Shown here in pieces: positions 1 through 8,737 of a stretch of DNA of 32,000 nt; the stretch's first letter is position 1; every line of letters starts with the position of its first letter. The stretch spans positions 270,001-302,000 of the forward strand of contig NC_015722.1 in the NCBI RefSeq assembly GCF_000219355.1, written 5' to 3'. The position numbers and the translations under genes were made by a program. Source of the DNA: Candidatus Midichloria mitochondrii IricVA. GTDB lineage: Bacteria > Pseudomonadota > Alphaproteobacteria > Rickettsiales > Midichloriaceae. The notes beneath the pieces are model-generated. The model was not told the origin of the DNA. It saw nothing but the letters and a program-made list of their open reading frames with translations, and ran no database searches.

Positions 1-612
1 TATCAGATTATAGATAAAAGAAAGTGGTTCAGAATAATATTTATTACTTTCCTTATCTTTCTTGATTCCAAGTAATTTAGCGCCAAATCTACTGCTTGAT
101 TTAATAATATTATTTGAAATTTCACTTAAGAAGATCCTAGCTTCTTCAAGCTCTTTCAAGTGATGTTTTTTATAGAAATGAAAAAATAAGATTTCATGTA
201 ATTGCTGAGGGTTAAAAGGACTCTTCTTAGCACCTTGAATAACAATTGATATATACACTGTTGCAAGTAACTGGCTACTCCATTGATTGAACTCACTCCA
301 CTTGTCATTAATATTTTTTGCGAATTCTGAAGAAAAATTTGCCTTAATTTCTATATTGCTGAAATTGTTTAAGGTATGAATATATACCGCAACCTTATTA
401 TCCTTTATGTAACTTGCTATTGAACTTCTAATCACTTCTCTTAAGGGGATACTATTGAAGTTTGTATCATTAGGCTCGAATCCACTAATAGCCACAATCT
501 GTATTAAATCACCATTTTTTGTGATTAAGGTATTAGGATCATAATGACAAGTAATAGGTATGTAATTTGATATTTTAGGATTTATATAAATATCATTGCC
601 ACTATCCAGCAT
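1..612 (-). CDS. virB4: VirB4/TrbE-like type IV secretion ATPase, N-terminal part only (gene runs off the left window edge)
   Basis: Not in the ORF track because it is truncated by the window. The reverse complement from the ATG (rc of 610-612) stays open to base 1. My translation is MLDSGNDIYINPKISNYIPITCHYDPNTLITKNGDLIQIVAISGFEPND...LREVIRSSIASYI...VAVYIHTL...VYISIVIQG...SEPLSFIYNLI. This pattern matches what I recall of VirB4 N-termini, including Rickettsiales RvhB4 (HY..TLLTKNGELLQ.I.I.G, LREV.R..I, LYISIV, SE.L.F.Y). The ATPase domain lies outside the window. Confidence 0.6.
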   Translation of the reverse strand, partial: MLDSGNDIYINPKISNYIPITCHYDPNTLITKNGDLIQIVAISGFEPNDTNFNSIPLREVIRSSIASYIKDNKVAVYIHTLNNFSNIEIKANFSSEFAKNINDKWSEFNQWSSQLLATVYISIVIQGAKKSPFNPQQLHEILFFHFYKKHHLKELEEARIFLSEISNNIIKSSSRFGAKLLGIKKDKESNKYYSEPLSFIYNLI

Positions 613-999
613 TTAAATATCTCCTTAATTGTTAACCCTTTATAAATAGATTATATTTAATAGAGAGTAGGTCAACCTGTTTTGTAGATTAATGCCTTTT
701 CTTAAAGGTGATATAGTTCTATATGTCGTAGCTAGTTTAATCCCAAGGGTTTGCTTTTAGTGCACTTGTCGCCGTGTTTAAGCTGTTCAAGTACTCGCCC
801 ATGTCAGTCATTGAAAGTGCTGCAGGAACTACAACCTAATAAGAAGGCGGATTTGGTGAGGAAGTTGTCATGCCAGCATATCGGTGCTTAATTAACCATA
901 TGTACGCAAGAACAGATGCACACAGATAGTTACAGTACTGCCGATTGCTCTCCCCACCGGATTTCACCAGTATGATCAGTATTACAGCTATCTGCAATA

Positions 1000-1739
1000 T
1001 CACTTAGCTCTGCTGTTGTAAATATTGTCGAAGAAGGTTCTGATGTTGGGCGCACAGCTTAACTCCAAAGACAAGTTAATATGGGACAAGGTGTGGTTGA
1101 GAGCAGTAGTAGTGGTTAACGGAGCGCTAGTTGAAGTAGTAGTGCTGGTTGTCGTTTCGGTTGTGGTTACTTCGGTAGTGCTACAGTTCACTTCAGGACA
1201 AACCGGACGCTCGACCTCTGGGCAAGGAGTCGTGGTGCTTGGCTCTGCTGTTGTAGTTGGGATACTAGGAGCTGGGATACTAAGAAATACAGAAATTGTA
1301 GCTCCGTTATAATTAGCAACAATCAAATCTTGCTTTCCAGGGTAATTTAACTCAACGGTTGCTATACCTATAGGTGTTGCGCCAACATTGTAATATATCG
1401 CGGGCTAAAAAGTTCTATCACCATTTCCAAGTAATACGGAAACAGTTGCTGTACCCCAATTAGGAGTAGTTACCATCCTGAATGCCATCCTTTATTAAGG
1501 TCTGCTATTGCCGCTCCATAGGGACTAGAGCCTACACTATAAGAGGTGAGAGATGAACCCTCCCCACCATTTCCCGCTGGTAATACAGAAATAGTGTTCG
1601 AACCCGCATTAGAAACTATTATATCCTGCTCACCATATCATTGTTAAGATTACTGGCTCCTATCTCTGTAGGCATACTTCCAACATTATAATTAATGGCT
1701 AAAGAAAATATATTGTTTATTTTTCACCTTCTGTGACAT
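1000..1739 (-). pseudogene. FG-GAP (integrin-alpha/VCBS-like) repeat protein remnant with a Thr-rich C-terminal tail; frameshifts and an in-frame stop
   Basis: Piecing minus-strand frames together gives consecutive FG-GAP units: LAINYNVGSMPTEIGASNLNND / QDIIVSNAGSNTISVLPAGNGGEGSSLTSYSVGSSPYGAAIADLNKDG / NWGTATVSVLLGNGDRTF*PAIYYNVGATPIGIATVELNYPGKQDLIVANYNGATISVFLS. There is an in-frame TAG at 1405-1407 and at least two frame changes. The last piece is track ORF 1000..1326, which continues into a Thr-rich segment (PTTTAEPSTTTPCPEVERPVCPEVNCSTTEVTTTETTTSTTTSTS). Confidence 0.7.
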
Positions 1740-1783
1740 CACAATACTAGAGCTATAATATATTTAGATTACGAACTATATGC

Positions 1784-2515
1784 TTACCTTAGTATATTTT
1801 CCAATGCTGTGGCGCTAGAAGTTTTTTCGTCTTTGTGCTTTATAATGACTGCGCATGCAATTGAGAGATTTTGTTCTTTAGCCCAATTGTTAGACAAAAT
1901 CGGCCTAGTGCCTGGAACAACAACCGCGCCTACTGGAATTTCTCCCTTGATGATAGTTTGATTTATTATGTCGTATATAGGAACAGAAGCAGATAATTTA
2001 ACTCCCGGTGCTAGAACTGCTTTTTCTCTTACGATGATGCCTTCTGTTAGTATAACTCCAGCTCCTACAAAGCAATCATCTTCCACGATAACTGGCCTGT
2101 TACCAATAGGTTCCAAGACTCCTCCTATCTGTACAGCAGTTGATAAATGTACTCTTTTACCAATTTGTGCGCAGGATCCAACCAAGACATGGCTATCAAC
2201 CATAGATTGCTCATCAACATAAGCCCCTATATTAACGTACGAAGGGGGCATAATAACCACGTTTTTTCCGATGTGAGCACCAGCCCTCACTGATGTTCCG
2301 CCTGGCACCATTCTTACGTTGTCTTCTTCAGTAAATGTTCTAGCAGTGAGTGCTTCTTTATCTCTGAAGCCATTCATTGCAACTATTTTAGTGTTTTTAA
2401 AAACCTCTAAAATTTTTTGTTTTACTTCGATATTAACCTGCCAATCAGTCCCAATTTTTTGAGCGACCCGAGTTTGGCCGGACTCTAATGAAGCTAAAAA
2501 GTCTTTATAAGGCAT
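1784..2515 (-). CDS. dapD: 2,3,4,5-tetrahydropyridine-2,6-dicarboxylate N-succinyltransferase
   Basis: 243-aa ORF with a hexapeptide-repeat region (GAHIGKNVVIMPPSYVNIGAYVDEQSMVDSHVLVGSCAQIGKRVHLSTAVQIGGVLEP...VIVEDDCFVGAGV). The N-terminal domain and length are typical of DapD. It lies immediately downstream of dapB-dapA. Confidence 0.9.
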   Translation of the reverse strand: MPYKDFLASLESGQTRVAQKIGTDWQVNIEVKQKILEVFKNTKIVAMNGFRDKEALTARTFTEEDNVRMVPGGTSVRAGAHIGKNVVIMPPSYVNIGAYVDEQSMVDSHVLVGSCAQIGKRVHLSTAVQIGGVLEPIGNRPVIVEDDCFVGAGVILTEGIIVREKAVLAPGVKLSASVPIYDIINQTIIKGEIPVGAVVVPGTRPILSNNWAKEQNLSIACAVIIKHKDEKTSSATALENILR

Positions 2516-3416
2516 ATTGTTTTTCCCAGTTAATAATTAATTGATTTACTAAAGCGAGTTCGTCGATAGACTTTAAGTCATTAAGGCTAAGCGGTAAGCG
2601 CACAGTTGCATGAGATATTACTCCTAAGTGGTGTAACAATGCTTTAACAGGAATAGGGTTGCTTGCTGCAAATAATGCCTTACAGGCTTGCCACCATAAC
2701 TTTGAATCTAAGCGTACACCTTCTAAACACAGCTGAACGTATTTATTGGTAGCCGTAAGCCAAACATTGGATGCAACAGAAATTAGCCCTTGCGCAGCAG
2801 ATTCAGCAGACGCCGCCGGCATCAGATAATCGTCTCCACAATAAATAGCAATATTAGGTGCAGCCATTTTATATTCAACTAAACTATCAACAGTGCCGCT
2901 TGAGTCCTTTATTGCGGCAAATTTTTTGTTAGTACTTAAATTCCTTACCGCCTCTACATGGAGTTTAATACCGGCTCTACTCGGTATATTATAAAGCATG
3001 CACTGATGATTTGAAGCTTGTAGTAACTTCTCAAACCATTGGGTCTGCCCTATTATTCCAGGTTTCGCATAGATTGGGGTGGTCATTAAGTAACCGGCTA
3101 ATGGAAATTGATTACAAAATTCTATCCATTCTAGAGCAGCAATAAAGTTATGGCTTGGAACTCCAGACATAAGTGGAATTTTGAGCTTTAGATTAAATGC
3201 AAATTCAATGATTTGGCGCCTTTCTTCATCATTAAGAGAAAGGCCTTCTCCGGTGCTACCCAGTAAAATTACGCCATTTCCCGCCGCCTCTTGCAATTTT
3301 AGAAGCTTTTCTAAGCTTTTAAAATCTATATTTTTGCCTGCTGCACCGAAAGGGGTGACAATTGCAGTCCAAAGAGATTTATTTAACATTTTTGCCTCTG
3401 TTGAGTTCAAGTACAT
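2505..3416 (-). CDS. dapA: 4-hydroxy-tetrahydrodipicolinate synthase
   Basis: DHDPS-family sequence: LWTAIVTPF, LLGSTGEGLSLNDEERRQII, and the Schiff-base lysine context FAAIKDSSG. The start is ambiguous. ATG at 3416 overlaps dapB by 38 nt. The internal ATG at 3389 (MLNKSLW...) overlaps by 11 nt and may be the real start. Confidence 0.9.
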   Translation of the reverse strand: MYLNSTEAKMLNKSLWTAIVTPFGAAGKNIDFKSLEKLLKLQEAAGNGVILLGSTGEGLSLNDEERRQIIEFAFNLKLKIPLMSGVPSHNFIAALEWIEFCNQFPLAGYLMTTPIYAKPGIIGQTQWFEKLLQASNHQCMLYNIPSRAGIKLHVEAVRNLSTNKKFAAIKDSSGTVDSLVEYKMAAPNIAIYCGDDYLMPAASAESAAQGLISVASNVWLTATNKYVQLCLEGVRLDSKLWWQACKALFAASNPIPVKALLHHLGVISHATVRLPLSLNDLKSIDELALVNQLIINWEKQYAL

Positions 3417-4143
3417 CTTTCATAGAATATATTCCAGGTTTTGGTTGATACTGATCAAACCATTTAATAATTCTTATTGCTCCAAGCGCAAATAACTTGC
3501 AGTCAAATGCGATGTGTTTTACTGAAATTAGCTCGCTATTACTTGTAAATACTACCTCATGTTCTCCGGGTAAGTTGCCGCTTCTTTCAATATGTACTCC
3601 AATAAAATTATCAGGTCTTGGCCCATGGCTAAGAGAATTCGAGCTGTAATCAACATTAAAATTCTCTTTCTTAGCTTTTTTAATTTCGTTAACTAACGAG
3701 GTAGCGGTACCGGACGGAATATCTACCTTATTTCTATGATGTTTCTCGGTGATATCGATATCATAACTTACATCCAACATTTTAGATAACAATGAAACTA
3801 AATATCGTTGCAGATTTGCTCCCAAGCTAGTGTTTGAAGCAACCACTATAGGCACTTTTTCTGCGAGAGCCTCTAATTCTTTTTTGAAGTTACTTTGTTT
3901 CCAGCCAGTAGTGCAAATAGCAATTGGTTTTGGGTTCTTTAAGGCTTCAGAGATTATATCTTTTATTAAGTCCAGAGAGGAAAAATCAATGATAAAATCG
4001 TTATCTATAAAGACTTCTTGGAGTCTATATTTACTGCCCTTATTATAATCCTTACCAAGATGATAAAAGTTATCCATTTTAATTGCTTGAGAGAGCAGCA
4101 GACCCATACGGCCTGAACTCCCAATAATACCTATTTTTTTCAT
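3379..4143 (-). CDS. dapB: 4-hydroxy-tetrahydrodipicolinate reductase
   Basis: N-terminal Rossmann motif MKKIGIIGSSGRMG and the DapB signature EKHHRNKVDIPSGTA (E-x-HH-x-x-K-x-D-x-PSGTA). Confidence 0.9.
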   Translation of the reverse strand: MKKIGIIGSSGRMGLLLSQAIKMDNFYHLGKDYNKGSKYRLQEVFIDNDFIIDFSSLDLIKDIISEALKNPKPIAICTTGWKQSNFKKELEALAEKVPIVVASNTSLGANLQRYLVSLLSKMLDVSYDIDITEKHHRNKVDIPSGTATSLVNEIKKAKKENFNVDYSSNSLSHGPRPDNFIGVHIERSGNLPGEHEVVFTSNSELISVKHIAFDCKLFALGAIRIIKWFDQYQPKPGIYSMKDVLELNRGKNVK

Positions 4144-4242
4144 TTATTATTCATTTTTAATAATATGTGCCAAAATAGTTAATCACATCTAGTTGGTCAA
4201 CAAGCTTCTTGGTCTTTAAGCTAAAGAAGAAGATAGTGAGTA

Positions 4243-4319
4243 TGGCGGGGATGACGGGGCTCGAACCCGCGACCTCCGGCGTGACAGGCCGGCGCTCCAA
4301 CCAACCGAGCTACACCCCC
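4243..4319 (-). tRNA. tRNA-Asp (anticodon GTC)
   Basis: The reverse complement GGGGGTGTAGCTCGGTTGGTTGGAGCGCCGGCCTGTCACGCCGGAGGTCGCGGGTTCGAGCCCCGTCATCCCCGCCA folds as a 77-nt cloverleaf. Acceptor is GGGGGTG/CATCCCC. The anticodon stem CCGGC/GCCGG carries loop CTGTCAC. The T-loop is TTCGAGC and the 3' CCA is encoded. Confidence 0.92.
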
Positions 4320-4340
4320 CATCTAAAAAGACAGATGAAA

Positions 4341-4416
4341 TGGTGGGCGATGACAGGGTCGAACTGCCGACCTCCTCGGTGTAAACGAGATGCTCTACCA
4401 ACTGAGCTAACCGCCC
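4341..4416 (-). tRNA. tRNA-Val (anticodon TAC)
   Basis: The reverse complement GGGCGGTTAGCTCAGTTGGTAGAGCATCTCGTTTACACCGAGGAGGTCGGCAGTTCGACCCTGTCATCGCCCACCA folds as a 76-nt cloverleaf. Acceptor is GGGCGGT/ATCGCCC. The anticodon loop is TTTACAC and the T-loop is TTCGACC. The CCA is encoded. It lies 21 nt from tRNA-Asp. Confidence 0.92.
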
Positions 4417-4471
4417 AAATCAAACAACAATCTGGCGCTTATTGTTAAAGCTTAAGAGTGATAAAATCAAG

Positions 4472-5209
4472 CTAAATTTCATCATTAATAGAATTATTTT
4501 TGTTTTGTACATAAAATATAGTGAACAGAACGCTAACAAAAGTGTTTGCCAAGCAACAAAGCACTATGTAAACGATTGAGTTTTGTAGAAAAGCTAATGA
4601 TATATATAAAACAGCAACCATAGTCGAGATCTTCATGCACTTTGCTAAGTTTTCTTTAACAAATAAAAAACTCTTATTTATTGATTGCACAACGGAGGAT
4701 TTATTAAGTAATAACTCTACATCAGCAATTAGCAGAATTGGAGTTAAGTAGAATAACGCTATAAAAGATATACTGATTAAAGCTAGAATAGAGGATGAAC
4801 TAAGCAGTTTTATCAAAGTAAATATGAATCCACAAACGGCAATAGAGATGAGGAAAATATTAAGACGTAGTAAAATGACTTTAAATATATTTTTAAAAAC
4901 AAAATATAACTGGTTGCTGAGCTTATAACTTTCCTTATTTATAATGGTTACATATATATTAGAGGTGCTTATATAAGCAAAATTTAAAAAGGTTAAAAAT
5001 ATCAATAAAAAGAACTGGGAGAAGGGGAGCTCATCTATATTTGGGATTTCATTAGCTACGTAATTTTTATTGAATAGAGAAGGATTTATTGAAGAAGACA
5101 GGGTAGTCACCAATAATAGCAAGGCCACTTGGATATAAACCGATAAAAACAGCCCAAATTTAGATTGAATAATAGATTTGGTTGTTTTTATTAAATCAGG
5201 CATACACAA
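4472..5209 (-). CDS. hypothetical polytopic membrane protein
   Basis: 245-aa ORF with about 5-6 long hydrophobic segments (for example LFLSVYIQVALLLLVTTL, FFLLIFLTFLNFAYI, IFLISIAVCGFIFTLI, ILALISISFIALFYLTPILLI, MVAVLYISLAFL). I recognise no family motif. The start may be the second Met (MPDLIK). Confidence 0.45.
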   Translation of the reverse strand: MCMPDLIKTTKSIIQSKFGLFLSVYIQVALLLLVTTLSSSINPSLFNKNYVANEIPNIDELPFSQFFLLIFLTFLNFAYISTSNIYVTIINKESYKLSNQLYFVFKNIFKVILLRLNIFLISIAVCGFIFTLIKLLSSSSILALISISFIALFYLTPILLIADVELLLNKSSVVQSINKSFLFVKENLAKCMKISTMVAVLYISLAFLQNSIVYIVLCCLANTFVSVLFTIFYVQNKNNSINDEI

Positions 5210-5272
5210 TGAACAAAAGCTGCTTTCTCAAGTTACGCCTAAATTATAATTTATATTAAATGTTTAATCTAA

Positions 5273-5836
5273 TTATTTATTCTCAAGCTTAGAGTCTCTT
5301 AGGGATTCTGCTCGGGCTTTAGCATGACTATATACTAAATTAAGCTCTGTTTGAGAGCAAATCCCAAGTAATACTGGGTCCTTAGGGCGTATGTTAGCAA
5401 TATTCCAATGAGTCTTATCACGTATAGAAAGTACTGTGGTTTTTGTTGAGCCAACTAATTTAGCAATTTGAGCATCACTTAATTCTGGGCAATTTTTAAG
5501 TAGCCAGGCTATAGCTTCAGGTTTATCTTGCCTCCTTGCAACTGGAGTATATTTAGAAATTCTCTTCTGCTTTTGCTCATGAATAAGCCTTAAAGCTGAT
5601 TCAGATAAAGATAAATTGGCTGCCGGATTTGCTTCGCAGCGCTTAATCTCTTCTCGAGTTAACTGTCCTTGAACAATTGGATCTAAGCCGATAATTCCTT
5701 TCGCAACATCTCCATCAGCTATGCCTTTGATTTCTAAAAGATGTAAGCCACAGAAATCGGATATCTGTTTAAAAGTGAGAGAGGTGTTTTGTATTAGCCA
5801 TACTGCCGTAGCCTTAGGCATTAATGGTGTTGCCAT
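5273..5836 (-). CDS. trcR: DUF1013 family protein (cell-cycle transcriptional regulator TrcR-like)
   Basis: The N-terminus MATPLMPKATAVWLIQNTSLTFKQISDFCGLHLLEIKGIADGDVAKGIIGLDPIVQGQLTREEI matches the conserved alphaproteobacterial DUF1013/TrcR pattern (PLMPKATAVWL..NT.LTF.QIA.FCGLH.LEV.GIADGEVA). The second half repeats the helix-turn-helix-like module. Confidence 0.8.
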   Translation of the reverse strand: MATPLMPKATAVWLIQNTSLTFKQISDFCGLHLLEIKGIADGDVAKGIIGLDPIVQGQLTREEIKRCEANPAANLSLSESALRLIHEQKQKRISKYTPVARRQDKPEAIAWLLKNCPELSDAQIAKLVGSTKTTVLSIRDKTHWNIANIRPKDPVLLGICSQTELNLVYSHAKARAESLRDSKLENK

Positions 5837-5999
5837 ATTTAAATTCCTTTAATAGCTGTTAAAACTTAATAATCAAACCAAAGGGATGTTACTTTATAAC
5901 TACTGAGTTGTCAATTGTTGCCACTGATAATTGTATATATTACAGAACCTGATACCGACGTATATTACGTTAACAAGTATATACTTAACTGTACAGTAT

Positions 6000-7391
6000 T
6001 TATTTTAAGCTCGGCTTAAGTTGATTTTTACGGTAAAGCATCAATATAAAAATTGAGCTTAGCCAAGCAGAGAGTATTGCAATAGTTGGAGCTGCAAGGC
6101 CAGGTAACTTCAATAAGTAAATAGCGATAAAAAAGGATAAAATACCAACTGTAAGTGATGACCAATAAATAAGAGGTATGGTTGGCATTTTAAGTAATCC
6201 AATGACCATAGGTATAGAAAACCCTACCCCCCAAAAACAAAAGCCGTACATTACTATATGTACAATCTCTATTTCAGAAAAGGCCACTAACATTGCAAAT
6301 ATGGCAAGCGCTATTGTCATAAATCTTAGTCCCATAATTTGGGATTTGGGTTTGGAGATATTAAAGTACTTTGCAATCACATGTTTGGTGACTAATACAG
6401 AAGAAGCGTTTAAATAAGAGTCAGCTGTTGACATTCCGGCAGCTAAAATCATTGCAACAATTAAGCCTCTAAAACCAACCCCTAGCACCTCATTTATTAA
6501 ATTTGGTATAAGCTCAGAAGAATTAATTGCGGGCAATATTCTAAGACAACTAAATGCTAGTATCGTGATAAGTATCATAACGATAGGTCTTGCAATAAAC
6601 TCAGTCCAATACATTGATTTGATAGCATTAGGACTTTTAGCCATAAGATAGCGTTGTATAAGTGGCGGGTGCATCCATAAGAATGGCGTGCAGCCAGCAA
6701 AGAATAAAGCAAGATATTCGTAAAATTTTGGATGCCTAGCTATCAATAATTTTTCATTAGGAAGATTTTTAAATATTTCAAAAAATCCTCCAGCCTTTTG
6801 GCTAACCACAAAAACTATAATTGGTAAAGTAATGATAATCACAATCCATTGAAGGATATCAGTAATCGTTACCGCTCTTACTCCTCCAATTGCAGTGTAG
6901 AGGGCAACCATTAAGCCTGCTGTAATTGTTACATAATATTGATTTAACCCGGAGTAGTGCGACACAAAAGCAGATACCCCTTTGATTTGTCCGGCCACTA
7001 CAAAAATTGAGACAAAGAGACCTAAAATTCCAACAGCAAACTCTGCTTTTGGACCATAAAAATATTTTATTATATCCCCTGGAGATATCATATTAGTGAA
7101 TCTATCATCAAAATATTTTGCTAAGAAAAAAATCATAATAAGGCAAAATATCAAAAAGCCCGACATACCAAATAGGAAAATTATCCCATCTCCATATATT
7201 TTAGCTGCGTCGCCAACTGTTGAGCCAGCTCCAAAGTTTGTCGCTAGAGACGTAAAGATAAGGATAGAAACAGGAAAAGATTTCTGCGCTACAGCAAAGT
7301 CGCTTATATCCACTACAGTTCTTGAGGACTTACTAATCCCAATCAAAATAATGATTAGAAAGTAAGTGCAGATAATGATTAAGTCTATCAC
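6000..7391 (-). CDS. sodium:solute symporter (SSS/SSF) family transporter; substrate unknown
   Basis: 463-aa ORF, hydrophobic throughout (about 12-13 TM segments). It carries the SSF hallmark GGVRAVTITDILQ (GG..AV..TD..Q) and an N-terminal ...GISKSSRTVVDISDFAVAQKSF... segment typical of PutP/PanF-type carriers. Confidence 0.75.
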   Translation of the reverse strand: MIDLIIICTYFLIIILIGISKSSRTVVDISDFAVAQKSFPVSILIFTSLATNFGAGSTVGDAAKIYGDGIIFLFGMSGFLIFCLIMIFFLAKYFDDRFTNMISPGDIIKYFYGPKAEFAVGILGLFVSIFVVAGQIKGVSAFVSHYSGLNQYYVTITAGLMVALYTAIGGVRAVTITDILQWIVIIITLPIIVFVVSQKAGGFFEIFKNLPNEKLLIARHPKFYEYLALFFAGCTPFLWMHPPLIQRYLMAKSPNAIKSMYWTEFIARPIVMILITILAFSCLRILPAINSSELIPNLINEVLGVGFRGLIVAMILAAGMSTADSYLNASSVLVTKHVIAKYFNISKPKSQIMGLRFMTIALAIFAMLVAFSEIEIVHIVMYGFCFWGVGFSIPMVIGLLKMPTIPLIYWSSLTVGILSFFIAIYLLKLPGLAAPTIAILSAWLSSIFILMLYRKNQLKPSLK

Positions 7392-7467
7392 GATTTTAAA
7401 ATATGATTAATGGATACTTAATGTAATGAGAGTGATTAATAGCATTATTTTGTATAAATACAAGTTT

Positions 7468-8121
7468 TTATTGGTATCTGATAACGCTTTTGATAATAGC
7501 TGCGCTTGATATTAAAAAGATTGGTAGCTCCAATAAAAAAATAGAGGTAAGTATATTAATATAAACAACTTCGTGTATGGCGGAAGAAGCAAATATCATA
7601 GTTGGAATTATAAACGGAATAGCTAATATTACTACTAACATGTTTTGCTTTGAAATTAAGCATAAAGCAGAACTAAATAAATTAACTAATAAGATATTAG
7701 TTACCACCAATAGCAGTACAAAAAAGGTTGTAAATTCTGGGATTAGGTTAGTAGTTGAATAGTCAAAGAGCAATATAACAAAGATAAATGGCACTCCTAC
7801 AAAAATTACATGTGCTAAAATTTTTGCTATAAGGATTACTTCCAAGTTAATTCCTAGTAGTAAGAATTGTTCCAAGATTCTTTTATTATAATCACTGATC
7901 AGCAGCGAATCAAAAGAGAGGGTTAAGCTAAATAGCAAAAAGACTAAGTATATTTCAAAATTAATAGTGTTTGCAGTGATGTGGAAAAGCAGAACCGAAA
8001 CTATAAAAAATGAAAGATTTTGTAAAAGAAAAAATTTCTGGTTCCAATATAAAGATAACTGTCGTAATAAAACCGCTTTAAACGTTTTTCTATTAGAAGG
8101 ATGAAATTCTATTTTATACAT
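7468..8121 (-). CDS. ccmB: heme exporter protein CcmB (cytochrome c maturation ABC permease)
   Basis: 217-aa, six-TM protein. Its start overlaps the ccmA stop by 1 nt. The size and the N-terminal F.AVLLRQLSL....... pattern fit CcmB. The call rests mostly on position after ccmA and on topology. Confidence 0.7.
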   Translation of the reverse strand: MYKIEFHPSNRKTFKAVLLRQLSLYWNQKFFLLQNLSFFIVSVLLFHITANTINFEIYLVFLLFSLTLSFDSLLISDYNKRILEQFLLLGINLEVILIAKILAHVIFVGVPFIFVILLFDYSTTNLIPEFTTFFVLLLVVTNILLVNLFSSALCLISKQNMLVVILAIPFIIPTMIFASSAIHEVVYINILTSIFLLELPIFLISSAAIIKSVIRYQ

Positions 8122-8726
8122 TATCTGTAGTCCTCTAACGATAAATTTATTACTCCATCTTTGGAACAGGGTTCTTGTGCAGTAAAAATTACTATACCCT
8201 TATTCATACAACGCACTTGAATTATTTCTGTCAATCTTTCGCTACCTTCTTTATCCAAATTAGAAAATGGTTCATCTAAAATCCAGATTACTGTTTGAGT
8301 TAAAAGTAGTTTCGTTAATTCGACTTTTCTAGCAAGTCCTTGCGATAAGTGGTAAATTTTTGTATGAGCGTGCCTTGCCAAATCAAAGACAGCAAAACTG
8401 GCGTTTATAGCGTGCTCCATGTTTCTCAGCTTAGCCCAAAAATTTAAGTTTTGTACTACGGTTAGCTCTGAATCTACGGCATTATGATGTCCAATATAGG
8501 TGACTAATTTACTATATTCGTCAGCTATTTTTTTTATATCAAAGTCTTCATAGTGTATAGTGCCATTAAATTGACTAAAACTTGCAATAGCTCTTAATAG
8601 TGAGGTTTTACCAATTCCGTTGGAGCCGTGGATACATAGAGGTGTGCCAGGGAAAACTGTTAATCCAAGATTGCTAAACAGTTTTTTATTATTTTTTATT
8701 ATTGAGAGATTTTCGAAGCTCAGCAT
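8121..8726 (-). CDS. ccmA: heme ABC exporter ATP-binding protein CcmA
   Basis: 201-aa single ABC ATPase with Walker A GSNGIGKTSLLRAIA, signature-like LSQGLARKVELTKLL and Walker B WILDEPFSNLD. The short length and the ...VTYIGHHNAVDSELTVVQNLNFW segment are typical of CcmA. Confidence 0.75.
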   Translation of the reverse strand: MLSFENLSIIKNNKKLFSNLGLTVFPGTPLCIHGSNGIGKTSLLRAIASFSQFNGTIHYEDFDIKKIADEYSKLVTYIGHHNAVDSELTVVQNLNFWAKLRNMEHAINASFAVFDLARHAHTKIYHLSQGLARKVELTKLLLTQTVIWILDEPFSNLDKEGSERLTEIIQVRCMNKGIVIFTAQEPCSKDGVINLSLEDYR

Positions 8727-8737
8727 TTTTAATTTAA

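Noticed and set aside
1025-1312. Track ORF 1025..1312 (+), Val-rich 95 aa
   Set aside because: It is antisense to the Thr-rich tail of the FG-GAP remnant. ACx codons read backwards give runs of Val. There is no independent support.
4209-4448. Track ORFs 4209..4448 (+) and 4216..4401 (-), 79 and 61 aa
   Set aside because: Both lie directly on the tRNA-Asp and tRNA-Val genes. Their Gly/Arg/Pro-rich translations are artefacts of reading GC-rich tRNA sequence.
4150-4470. tRNA pair considered as an integration hotspot for a genomic island
   Set aside because: No integrase, direct repeat of a tRNA 3' end, or compositional shift is visible next to the tRNAs. The flanking genes (dapB and a membrane protein) look native.
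5837-5999. CtrA-box-like TTAA repeats upstream of trcR (ttaatagctgttaaaacttaa, ttaacaagtatatacttaac)
   Set aside because: The spacings are N6, N3 and N11 rather than the TTAA-N7-TTAA of CtrA sites. TTAA is very frequent in this composition.
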